Positions 1 through 13,100 of a stretch of 64,000 bases of DNA are shown piece by piece. The translations under genes and the position numbers were made by a program. The notes beneath the pieces are model-generated. The model was not told where the DNA came from, made no database searches, and saw only the letters and a program-made list of their open reading frames with translations. How positions within the stretch are numbered: the first letter of the stretch is position 1; the number at the start of each line of letters is the position of its first letter. Origin of the DNA: Hormiphora californensis (Eukaryota > Animalia > Ctenophora); assembly GCA_020137815.1 (NCBI GenBank), contig CM035362.1, positions 4,774,001 to 4,838,000 of the forward strand, in the 5' to 3' direction.

Positions 1-1100
1 TGCATCAATGCAGTCCCCCAGTCGCACAGTACAGGCATCGTGAATCAGGGAGATCAAAATGGGGAAGAAAAAAGTGGCTGTTTGCCCGGTGATAGGGTCG
101 TATTTGCGGAGTCCCCCTCAGCTCCAGGTGTCCCAATCGTCTACAGACTACCCGAGGAAAAAGCTGCTAACCCCGACCGGTTGAATCTTGACCGGAGACG
201 TTTGACAATTTGTCCCATTCTTGAGGGAGAGGAGAACTTGAGGTTACTTAACTTTCAGCACAACTCAATAACTCGAATCCAGCATCTGTCGTCTCTGAGA
301 CGACTGATATTCCTCGATCTTTATGACAATCGAATCGAGGAAATTTCAGGACTCAGTACATTATCCTCACTTCGTGTTCTCATGCTGGGGAAGAACCGAA
401 TATCGAAAATCGAAAATCTCAATAACCTTCTAAAACTTGATGTCCTTGATCTTCACGGTAACCAAATAAAGGAACTCGAAAACCTCAACCACCTCTCAGA
501 ATTACGTGTCCTAAATCTGGCGGGAAACCAGCTGACAAAAGCCTGTAACTTCCTCGGTATGTCATCTCTGACGGAGTTAAATTTACGAAGGAACAAGATT
601 CAGTATGTAGGAGAGCTGGATCATCTTCCCAAACTTCTCCGCCTGTTTCTGAGCTACAATGATGTTCGGAGTTTTGAAAGCATTCGGTGTCTCGGGGGTA
701 GTCAGAGCTTACAGGTAAAGACATTTTCAGTTTAGGTTCATTTACGAACAATTACTTAATTCCACGTGTATATAACTGGTCCACATAATTGGTACGATTA
801 GAGCACTGTGTTTCCATGTGTGCTAAATTAATTCTGCACAACAAATGTAATGTACCTGCTATGTGTCACTTTCCGACCGCTCCACTGCATGTGTGTGTGC
901 GAAATACGTGCATGTGCATGTGTATGCATTTGTGAGGGTGCAGAGAGAGAGAGGGAGAGAAAGAGAGAAGGCGGGAGATAGTGTTGATGAAGAGAAGGCG
1001 GGAGATAAAAAAGAGACCTAACTAGGCTTCTGTGTTTGCGTAGACGCTGTGAGTTCAACGTGTCACTAGCTAGGAAGTACCCTAGCCGCTCGTTATGTTA

Positions 1101-1153
<53 letters not shown>

Positions 1154-4100
1154 TTCTCTTTCTCCCCTCTCTCTCTCCCTATCTCTCCAACTCCATCATT
1201 CTCTACTATCTCCCTTCTATGTCGCACATAGTACTACAGTTCGTTACACACCATCGTATTTGCTGTGTTTCCTGAATACTGTTATAACCTGGGTAAAGGC
1301 CCACACTCGCCCCAACAAATTCTTCTTCCTACACCTTCTTACTCAGTGTTCACATTTTCAGAACTTTCCCAAATCTCTTTCTCTTGGACTAATTATGTTT
1401 TGAATAATCCACTAGAACATAAAATATCCGGTGTAAAGATAATGTACTGCATGCATGTAAGTTGAGGAATGCCGACAAAGCGGAGAGAGAGGGGGGGGCG
1501 TTGTCTACAACAGATCAATGATCTCAGTACGTGTCTTGGGTGGCCCTGACGGTGTATGGTAATTTGTGGCTAGAGAGTATCGGTTTGGGATTTATAGACA
1601 TGATTCATTACCAGAAACTAGAAACTTCCACACCCTACTTATAATAGTGCGTGACGGTGCCTCTAAGGTGTCGTCACATGCTATGGTTGACTACATTATA
1701 TTTGTACCTCTTTGGGATTTATAGACATGATCCATGTTGATATGGGGAGTCCAGAAGTTACTGTGTGTAATGTTACTTCTGATCTTGTGCTTACACACAC
1801 TATGCAGTGTCACTTTTCAGCCTCTATCATGTTAGATGCACAATTACACATTATATATCCGGCATTGCTGATTCAATTAATCCCGAAATAAATAGCATGG
1901 AATATATTCATAAGATTGGGTTTTCACGGAGAATGGGTTGCAAACGTGTTTGTTAACTTGATCTCAATGTGTTGTGGTCAAGAAAATTCTCATGCAGATT
2001 ATAAACTCTTTGTTATTCTAGAATTCTCTTTTCAATTTACCATCACACTGCGTCTGCACTCCCCCAACCACATCACACTGCGTCTGCACTCCCCCAACCA
2101 CATCACACTGCGTCTGCACTCCCCCAACCACATCACACTGCGTCTGCACTCCCCCAACCACATCACACTGCGTCTGCACTCCCCCAACCACATCACACTG
2201 CGTCTGCACTCCCTCAACCACATCACACTGCGTCTGCACTCCCCCAACCACATCACACTGCGTCTGCACTGGTGACCTACAACTATGGCTCATGCAACTA
2301 TGGCTCATAAAATCTATGAGCCATAGATGCATGCAACTATGGCTCATAGATTTTATGAGCCATAGATGCATACAACTATGGCTCATAGAAATGTGATCTG
2401 ATTAGGTTCTATGAGCCAAAGCTAGTGAGAGTGAGAGGGACGTGAGTGACACGTGAATGACACGTGAGTGACACGTGAGTGACATGTGAGTGACACGTGA
2501 GTGACATGTGAGTGACACGTGAGTTTTCGAATCATGTAATATTAAATGAGCACAAATGTAAACGATTTACATAATGATAAATCTAATATTACATAATTAA
2601 AATTACATTATCAGTTCATCTTGGATATAATGGTAACAGGGGTCCTTCTTTGGACAGTTCATAGAGCATTTCACGTGAATCAGCAGCTCCTTAACACGAT
2701 GTTTATTCAAATCTATGATCGGATAGGTACTAAACAGCCGCCTTGCATTATCACTATCAGGATCCACAGTAAAAAACTCTCCAACAGGTCTGATTTTCGA
2801 GAAAGTAGTATAGGTAGGATGTTGCCTCCCAGAAATTGCTTGGCTAAAGTTTCTGATCTTTCACACTCTTCCAAAACCTCCCGGTACTCGTTGAACGTTG
2901 TAGTGTTGTTCGTGACGTCGATAACAATTATAGCTAGTGAATCCACTAACAAATTCTAATGAGCGGGATGGATATTTGAAAGTGTCACATATCCACCCCC
3001 CTCACTGATACGATTCTGGGATGCGCCATTAGCAGAGTGAAACGATACGAGATACGAAACTTATGATTCGGGGGAGCTCATTAGCAGTGTGAGACGATAC
3101 GGTATATGGAACATGATTCGGGGAAGCTTATTAGGAGTGCTAGACGATATGAGAAACGATTCGGAGAATGTTTTATCGCTCTTTCTATCTATCTCTATTT
3201 CTTTTTATCAATTATCTTGAGAACCAGATGAGATACCTCTCATACTAATGCGAGGAAGCTACAAACTTTGGTGCCCTTATTTTTGTCCATACTCCTTTTC
3301 CTTTTTTTTCTGGATGTCGGCTCAGCCCCGTTGTTTTGAGGGGGATATGTTGTTGTTTTAGATGGAATTGTTTGAATTTGGTCTGTTTGGCAAGACTCGA
3401 AAAAAAAACCCAACGCATTCCATCTAAAACAACATATCCTCCTAAAAACAATGAGGCTCTTATTACCAAAAATAAGGGCACTAAACTCACCAAGTGTGTA
3501 GCGTCAGCTCGCATTATAGTATAATGGTAGGCACCTCATCTGGTTCTCAAGTCCAAGATAATTGACAAAAAGAGTAGAGATAGATAGAGATAGAGATAGA
3601 AAGAGATATGTAGATAGAAAGAGCGATAAAACATTCTCCGAATCGTGTCTCATATCCCCAGTGGCTTTTTAGAAAAATCTCGCTGCGAATCGCATGTCAC
3701 AGAACCTGATTAGATCCCATTCCGCTGTCGCTGCTGCTGTGGCAGCAGTCGTTCTGCTCTCGTTCTTCTCCCATTCCGCTGTAATTCCGCTGGCGCGGCG
3801 GGAATAACTGCTAACAATTGGGATCTCTAATCGAAATCCGCGCCCGTTTCTAGCAATTGTGGCTCTCTAAACATGTAACGATCACATAAGAGCACTAATG
3901 AGGTGTGAGAGCAGCATTAGCAAGCAAAACAGGGATTTTCTCTCTATTTTTCTGCTGTCAGTCAAATTTCTCGCTGCGAATGGGATTCGCCCATTCGCTA
4001 TAAAAAGCCACTGGGCTCATATCGTCTAGCACTCCTAATAAGCTTCCCCGAATCATGTTCCATATACCGTATCGTCTCACACTGCTAATGAGCTCCCCCG

Positions 4101-7100
4101 AATCATAAGTTTCGTATCTCGTATCGTTTCACTCTGCTAATGGCGCATCCCAGAATCGTATCAGTGAGGGGGGTGGATATGTGACACTGTCAAATATCCA
4201 TCCCGCTCATTAGAATTTGTTAGTGGATTCACTAGCTATAATTGTTATCGACGTCACGAACAACACTACAACATTCAACGAGTACCGGGAGGTTTTGGAA
4301 GAGTGTGAAAGATCAGAAACTTTAGCCAGGAAATTTCTGGGAACATCCTACCTATACTACTTTCTCGAAAATCAGACCTGTTGGAGAGTTTTTTACTGTG
4401 GATCCTGATAGTGATAATGCAAGGCGGCTGTTTAGTACCTATCCGATCATAGATTTGAATAAACATCGTGTTAAGGAGCTGCTGATTCACGTGAAATGCT
4501 CTATGAACTGTCCAAAGAAGGACCCCTTTTACCATTATATCCAAGATGAACTGATAGTGTAATTTTAATTATGTAATATTAGATTTATCATTATGTAAAT
4601 CTTTTACATTTGTGCTCATTTAATATTACATGATTCGAAAACTCACGTGTCACTCACATGTCACTCACGTGTCACTCACGTGTCACTCACGTGTCATTCA
4701 CGTGTCATTCACGTGTCACTCACGTCCCTCTCACTCTCACTAGCTTTGGCTCATAGAACCTAATCAGATCACATTTCTATGAGCCATAGTTGTATGCATC
4801 TATGGCTCATAAAATCTATGAGCCATAGTTGCATGCATCTATGGCTCATAGATTTTATGAGCCATAGTTGCATGAGCCATAGTTGTAGGTAATCGCACTG
4901 AGTGTGTGCTATTTTTTCAAATCCCTAATTTAATTCAAAATTTCACTTGGTATCGGGTTAAATGAGCTCCTACGATCATTCTAAAACATTTTATCACAAA
5001 GTTTAGGCTCTACCATGGCCCAATTACGTTGGCACGAGCTATGCCCATATATGGGCATATTCATTTCAAAAAGTCTGTTTTAGGGCGTCATTTCGAACAA
5101 ACCACACATATAAATCGTCTCGTGACAACTTATACAACTGTTACTTTCAGTTTGAGCCTTCAGATATCCACTTTATGAACAAAAATAAAAAATTTTCTCC
5201 CTTTTTTTCTTGCTAATTTTGCCAACTTGCAGAATCGTGGGGACGAATTTTTATTTTTTTAATTTTTTTCTTGGTGGAAAGCAAATTTCGGTTGTAATCG
5301 ACTAATTTTGGCCTGCGGAACACGATCCCGTTCATGAAAAAGCTCTCAAAATTGAAGAACATGTCCAAAATGAACATTTTTTGTCAAAAATGAACATTTT
5401 TTGTCAAAAATGTACATTTTTAGGTCAAAAATGAACTTTAGCATCATTTAATGATGCATATCAATTCCTGTCAGTTTCGAGGTGCTGAACACGATCCTGA
5501 ACATAAAAAGTTGATATCAAGAACATGTCAAAAACTGGTGAAAACCACACATATTTCCCTGTTTTTACCATTTTTCGGTTAAAAACTACACTTTTTAAAT
5601 CGTGATGCCAACGTAACTGACAAACAATATCTCGATTCTGTTTTGCTGATGTGATAGAGAATTGTCCATAGTTTCACATTAGCTAGATACTGAATGGCCT
5701 AGTCGAAAAAAATTTGAAATAGCACACCCTACTGCACTCCCTCAACCACATCACACTGCGTCTGCACTCCCCCAACCACATCACACTGCGTCTGCACTCC
5801 CCCAACCACATCACACTGCGTCTGCACTCCCCCAACCACATCACACTGCGTCTGCACTCCCCCAACCCCTCATGTCCGTTTTGCAAGCCCCATATCTCAC
5901 ACAACTCCTCCCACCATCAGGAACTAGCACTGGACGGTAATCCATTCACAGCGGAACCGTCCTATAAGCAGATAGTGATTGACCAACTCGCCTCCCTCCG
6001 ACAACTAGACCTGAAGCGGATTACTGAGGATGAGAGGAGGATGGCCAGTATTGTCGTTAGGAAGGAGGAAGAGAAGAAGAAAGAGTGTACCAAGGTAGGG
6101 AAATATTCTGTGTTGTTCAGGAACCGACCAATCAGAACTCGTTATTTAGGTCATGTGACCGTTTATCAGCCAATCAGGGACCAGTATTTCCTGATTCGGT
6201 CAGTTATTATTCAGTTGTCACTTACTGACGGTTCAGTTGTCAGGCGCAGGCGATGAAGGAACGAAGACGAGTTGCCATTCAAAATGCTGAGAAACTCTGG
6301 CATGAAGACAATAAGGTAAAACCTGACATTGTTTAGCGTTTTAGAACGTATCATTCAAGATTTATAGTCCATCACTATTTTGTTTTCAATGCCTGTGCTT
6401 TCCTAGGTATCTAATTGTGCGTCGGAAATGAACGGAAAGAATGGAGAATTTGAAAATCTATCCCACTACACCGAGGTAAAAGGGCACTGTTGTAGTACAG
6501 TAGGGCTTGTATGTGTGTGAGAGAAATTGAGATTAGCAGCCAGAGAAATCTTGTCCTGAAAAGAAATTGTCACATCAACTTCTTGCGGAATGAAGCTTGG
6601 AGTATATAAAACTTCTATGATACCACACGAGCTTGCTTATTTTGAATGACTTATAAAGCACACTTTTTACAATTTGGAGCACTCTTTTAGAATACTCCTA
6701 TAGTCCTATTTGCCCTTTTTTGTTCAAAGCTGTACAACAATATCTCAAGCGTGGCGACACATCCCTTTTTCTCACCTAGGTGGAGGTTGACACCCTTCGA
6801 TTGTACGGTGCGCCTGCCCTGGACGGTCTGGAGAAGAACAATAATATCAACAACATACAATCCATCACCCAGATATTCTTCAAGTTTATACCCTTTGATT
6901 GTATAGTGCCGCACTTCACCAAACTCCGTGTTAGGTAATGTAAGGGGGTTGGGTGGTCGACCAATATATCCGCCTTAAACTTATGTATAATTAAGGAGTT
7001 AGGTAATGTAAAAATGGGGTTGGGTGGTCGACCAATATATCGGCCTTAAACTTATGTATAATTATGGAGTTAGGTAATGGAAAGTTAAATAATGAAGGGA

Positions 7101-10100
7101 GTGTTCTGAATGAAACCAAGTGATGTTTGGTTGATGTTTTCATACATCTCTATATCAGGTTCCCAGCGCTACAGGGACTAACATTTCCATATCTCTCTAT
7201 CAGGTTCCCAGCGCTACAAGGACTAACATTTCCATATCTCTTTATCAGGTTCCAAGCGCTACAGGGACTAACATTTCCATATCTCTCTATCAGGTTCCCA
7301 GCGCTACAGGGACTAACATTTCCATATCTCTCTATCAGGTTCCCAGCACTACAGGGACTAACATTTCCATATCTCTCTATCAGGTTCCAGCGCTACAGGG
7401 ACTAACATTTCCATATCTCTCTATCAGGTCCCAGCGTTACAGGGACTAACATTTTCATTCTCTCTATCAGGTTCCCAGCGCTACAGGGACTAACATTTCC
7501 ATATCTCTCTATCAGGTTCCCAGCGCTACAGGGACTAACATTTCCATATTATCTCTCTATCAGGTTCCCAGCACTACAGGGACTAACATTTCCATATCTC
7601 TCTATCAGGTTCCCAGCGCTACAGGGACTAACATTTTCATTCTCTTCAATATCCTCACTGAAACAACTCAACGCTCTGAGTAGTATCAGAAGGTTGGACT
7701 TCCTGACCCTCTCGCCGGAAGGAAATGCTGTTACCAACTTTTCACTTTGGAAGTAAGTGAGATTTTGTTTTTGTGTTTCCAGTGATTATCAGCGTTTTTA
7801 ATGCTGGTTCCAGACGAGTGGTAGAGGTAGCTGACCGAGAGTTATTGAAATAATTCAGAATAATTCAACAAATATTTCCCAGGTACTATTTGTTGTATCG
7901 GTTATCCCATTTTAACCTGCGGAAGATAAACGATGTAGATGTGACTATGACAGATACGATACTAGCCGAGCAACTCTTCTGTGGTTTAGGTATGTAATTT
8001 TGAACCTTCAAAAAAAATTCGGGGAGGGAATTCAGAATAAAATGTTCTACTTTCAAACTTTTCAACACTACTTTAAACAAATTAATTTGAGTTTGCCGTC
8101 AATCGATCCGATAACTGTGTTAGCATCTATTCTCTAATCTTTTAGATCTCTGTTAGGCCTACTTTAACTTAACTTACGAGTGATATCAGTGAAGAGTTTG
8201 TTGTTGGCCGGCGTGCAACGGGTGTTTTAGGATGACCGTTACGAGTAATTATGACATATATGTATCACTAAGAGTGATTTTGAAGACGTGTTAGCAGGAG
8301 AAGTATTTAGTAATGATTATAAGGGTAGTGATTTGTTAGTGTGTCTAGAGAGAGGTGACGCTGTTTGTCCGTCGTCTGTCCATAAACCTCAGTTGTGGCA
8401 CCTTCTCAAAGCCTGCTACAAAATGCTTCCGGCGACGGCACCGTTTTCTGTTCCTGGAGACCAAGCTGATCTGAGAGAATCGTTTGCAAAGTTACACAAA
8501 GATCTGGTCTCAACCATCTCTGCACTAGTAAAACCTGTGGAGAAAGGGAAAGATGATGTTGGTAATGGTGAGCCTGAGGAACCGGTTACACCTACGATGA
8601 AACACTATGTGAACATTACCACTGGGAACAGCGGAGAAGGAGAATCAGCGTTCTGTGCTGATAAGTGGAAGAATGTGGTCAAACCAAAGGTGGAAAGTGC
8701 TTTGAAGACTATACCGGTAGTGAGATCCAGAGTAAACAGTGACCATACCCGATTATACTTCCCTAATGAGGACCAGATGAAGGAAGCAGAGAAAGTACTG
8801 ACTCCTCTTGCACAGGATTGTTCAGTGTCATTTTTCTCAGAGGAAACCAAGAAGCTTGAACCAAAGGTGACGATAAATGACTTGGGCCCCGACCTACTTG
8901 AAAAGGAAGCTATCCTGGCGGCGATCTTGGACAAGAATGAGGATATCAGGAAGCTGTATCATGAGGATAAGAAGTTAAAAGTGGTGTTTGTGAACGAAAG
9001 AGACAGGTATGCAGTGATCCAGATGGCTCCAGAGATCCGGCGGCTTTTGTCTAGCAGTGGGGATAGACTTAACTTGGGTCTTCGGCAACATTTTGTCAAA
9101 AACAGGTATCATGTGATTCAATGTTATCACTGCCAAGGATTTGGTCACATGGCGGGCTCTGTATATTGCCCTCAGAAGGATGATCCTGTATGCTGCTTTT
9201 GTGCTGGCACACATCAGACGAAGGATTGTAGAGCGAAGAAGAACAATGAAACAGGCAAGATGAAGTGTGTGAATTGTGAAGTTGGAGGATCACGAGAGGA
9301 CAAGAAGTATGCGAAGACCCACACGGCTTCAAGTATGTGGTGCCCTTCGTACATTAACGAGCGAGCACGGCTAATGGAGAGGACTTCAGGTGTGAGCAAA
9401 GAGGAAAAAAACATGTACTGGACGAGGACCAAAGAGGAACTACTCAGGAAAAGACTTGGAAGATTGGGACACTAAATGTTCGCTCTCTTGTTAATAAAAC
9501 TGGAGGTGTTATTTCTCATCTGGAAGAAGAGGATTGTGATATCTGTCTCGTACAGGAAACCTTTTTGAAGTCTACGGATACTGGGAAACTCCAGGAGATT
9601 AGGGATAATGGATGGGATATTTTATCATGTCCACGAGGAGACAGAGGAGGTGGAGGAATAGGAATTCTTTTTCGGGACGGTATAGTCCTTCGACAGTGCC
9701 CAGTGAAGACAAAGTTTAAGTCTTTTCAAGTGCAGGAGGTTCTCATCAGTGACAGAGATCAACCAAAGAGACTCTGTAATGTTTATCGTCCACCATACAC
9801 AACTAAGTCAAGACTCACAGAGGCTACATTCCTATCTGAGTTCGGAGACTATCTTTCAGAACTTGTTATGAAGCAAGGTACTCCAATTATAGCAGGGGAT
9901 CTGAACTTTCAGGTGCAGGACAAGAACAACTTCTACTCGAGGAAACTATTGGAGCTTCTAGATTCATTTGACCTTCAGCAAAGAGTACCACTATTGCCTA
10001 CTCACCAACTTGGTGGAACCTTAGACCTGGTGATAACTACAAGGGAAACCAATCTAGGAGATTTAACAATTTGTCCTAATGGTACTACTTCGGACCACTT

Positions 10101-13100
10101 CCTGGTACAGTTTGGGCTTGAAGTGAGACAGGACCTGTCAAACTCTTGTATGCGGAAATCAATGTTTCGAGAATACATGGACTACAAGTCAATGGACAAG
10201 GAAGGATTCAGAGAGGACCTCCAGAAAGCGGAATTTGAACCAGGCCGGGATCCAGAGGAGAGTATTGTAAACTTCTATCGTTGGTTGGAAAGTGTAGTGG
10301 AAAGGCGAGTTCCGAGGAAACGGGTGAGGACAGGGAAAAAGTTTAAACCGTGGAGAGATGAGGAACTAAGAGGAATACTACGTAAGAGGAGGAGTGCGGA
10401 ACGATACTGGAGGAAGCATGGAACTGAGGAAGCGAAACGGAGATTCAATGATTTGAAGAAGCTCTATGGAAACATGGACAAGGAAAAGAGAGCAGCTTTT
10501 GTTAAAGAGGACTTGGATGCGGCAAAAGGGGACCCGAAGAAGCTACAAAGAAAGTTACAGAAACTCCTGGGAAAAGCGGAAACTATTCTTCCTGAGACTA
10601 CCAACAACAAGAACCTGGCTGATGATTTTTCAAAGTTCTTTAGTTCAAAGGTGACCAAAATTCGGACCCAAGTCAATGAGGAGCAGCAGCAGGCTGGCGA
10701 TTTTGTGGAATCTGGAAAATCCTGTCATACAACATGGAATGAATTCAAAGAGATATCTGAGGAGGAACTTGTTTCATTAGTGAAATCGATGTCCAGCAAG
10801 CACTGTGACCTGGACCCGTTGCCCACTTGGGTGGTAAAGGAGTGTATAAGTGATCTGGCTCCTGCATTAACATCAATAGTCAATCAGTCTCTACATCAGT
10901 CTTCGGTCGCAGAATCTCTCCAGGAGGCACTTGTCTTTCCTACCATCAAGAATATGTATGGAGATCGTGAAGCTCTCAGCAACTATCGTCCTGTTTCGAA
11001 CATCCCATTTCTGTCTAAGCTTCTTGAGAAGGTAGTTCTCACGCAACTCAATGACTACCTGGATCGCAACTCTCTTTTGGGCAAACATCAGTCTGGCTAT
11101 CGTGTTGGTCACAGTTGTGAAACGCTATTGGCAAGCATGTTCGATGACATTCTAGGGGAAATGGATAAAGGAAACGTAGTAGCTCTTATCTGTCTAGATA
11201 TGAGTGCTGCTTTTGATACGGTTGACCATGGAAAGTTGTTGGAGGTGTTGCAGAAACGGTTTGGAGTGGATGGTGAACCTCTCCGATGGTTTAAAAGCTA
11301 TTTGAGTTCCAGATCTTTTAGAGTTTCGGTCGGTGATTGCCTTTCGGAAACCCTTGCTTTACTTTGTGGAGTCCCTCAAGGGTCCCTCCTTGGTCCTATT
11401 TTGTTCCTACTCTACATCGAGGCTGTACAAGATATTGTGGAGCCATATGGACTCCGGATAAAGTTATATGCAGATGATTCCCAGCTCTACGTGAGTCTGG
11501 TTCCTACGGATGCTGCTGGCTGGGTTGAGGCAAAGGTGGATATTGAGGAGTGTCTGGCGAAGGTGAAGAGGTGGATGGTAGGGCAGTGGTTGAAGTGTAA
11601 TGAGGCCAAAACGGAATTCATCCTGCTTGGAAAGCGCAGTTCTCTAAGCAAAGTCTCTTTTGATCCAGTTATTAACTTTGGAGGAACGGAAATCTCCCCC
11701 AGTGAATGTAGTGGAACAGATGGTAAAACCCTGGGAATTCTCTTGGATCATAACCTTGGCCTTGAACGACAGGTTAACAATGTGAGGAAACAGTGTGGAC
11801 TGATGTTACGAAACCTTTGGCAACTGCACAGGTGTTTTGATATCCCAACAAAGATAATGTTGGTCAAACAGTTGATTTTATCGAGGATAGACTACAGTAA
11901 CATTCTGTATTGTGGACTTCCTGGTCGAGTTCTCAGTGGGCTCCAGAAGCTTCTCAATGCCTGTGTTCGTTTTGTATTTAACCTCCACGGACACCAGGAC
12001 AACTACATGGAGTATTTCAGGCAATGTCATATTTTACCGATCTCCTACAGGTTGGACTTCAAAGCATGTTTGATTGCCTACAAAATAGTCAATGGAACAG
12101 CCCCGTGTTATCTCCAGGATTTGGTGCCACGTGATGAGACTTGGGGAACCTCTAGGACAACGAGGATGACTAATGTTCCGGATCCCTATAGGTTAAAACA
12201 TCCAAAGATTACCAGTATCAATGCCAACTCTAAGTTGAGACGTAGGAGGTTATCAGTATTCCTGCCCTCTGTCTGGAATGAGCTTCCTCTTGAGCTCAGG
12301 TCAATCCCCAATGTGGATACTTTCAAAACCCGGCTGAAAACACATCTCTTCGTTGGTGCATTTGGAGTGGGTGATGGGGAACCCATGGCTGAGTTGTAAT
12401 GTTTGTTGTAGTTGTGGGGCCTGCGGGCAATCAGTGTCATCCTCTCTCTAGCCATGTTATTAATTCATTACCTAGTATCCTTTTTTCGAGCAGGTGTGAG
12501 TATAGTGTGTTTTAATTTATATCTACAGGATTATGGGACCAGTTATTCCCTCAGTTTTATAAGTCAAGTTTATTTAGTCGTCTATATATTGTTTTTCAAC
12601 CAGAGCTGTTCGAGTGTGTCATATAAGTAGTCGAGGATATACCGCTCTGATGATTCGGCGGAACATCGTCAATATTTTGACATGTCTCTGTCGGGTATGG
12701 GCGGTATATAAGCGCGGAATATTATTATTATTATTATTATTACTACTCGATGCACTCACGCAGTTTTTCACCACTGATACTACTATTACAGTATTGCAGT
12801 ATTTCTATCGATCCCCTTGCTACTCAAAAAATATGTTGTGTCCTGTGAATGTATATTTTGTGTCCTCTCGCTGTAAGAATGTACATATACTGACTCTTCT
12901 TGACAGGATCTCACCAAATATACTCTCCTGTTAGGTAACGTGACACTACAGCAATATGATGTTAGTAGGCTTCTCTATCTCCTGCCTGATGTACGCAGAA
13001 AACAGGTCAGTCAAATATATTACTCCTTCATAAACCCTCACAAACTTCTTGAAAATGTTTATGAAGGAGTAACGTCATGTTGTTGCTCATATTTAGTCTA

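Larger units (their letters stand above)
8073..12742 (+). mobile_element. Near full-length CR1/L2-group non-LTR retrotransposon (LINE A) in LRRC49 intron 7, sense orientation
   Basis: ORF1 with CCHC knuckles, ORF2 with APE and RT, 3' stem-loop and (ATT)n tail at 12721-12742. 5' end approximate; possible TSD ACTACT (8067-8072 and 12742-12747). Confidence 0.9.

Noticed and set aside
1916-2386. Repetitive ORFs (HITLRLHSPN)n and (GGVQTQCDVV)n
   Set aside because: Translations of an intronic 30-bp minisatellite.
2621-4544. Mirror-image ORF pairs (2621/4544, 2952/4217; also 30679/32019, 35469/38130, 55095/55621)
   Set aside because: By-products of the inverted repeats; short, often non-ATG starts, and no domain motifs.
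9473-9478. TAA-ATG junction as a reinitiation site for LINE A ORF2
   Set aside because: That ATG is in the ORF1 frame and ends at a stop near 9566; it does not enter ORF2.
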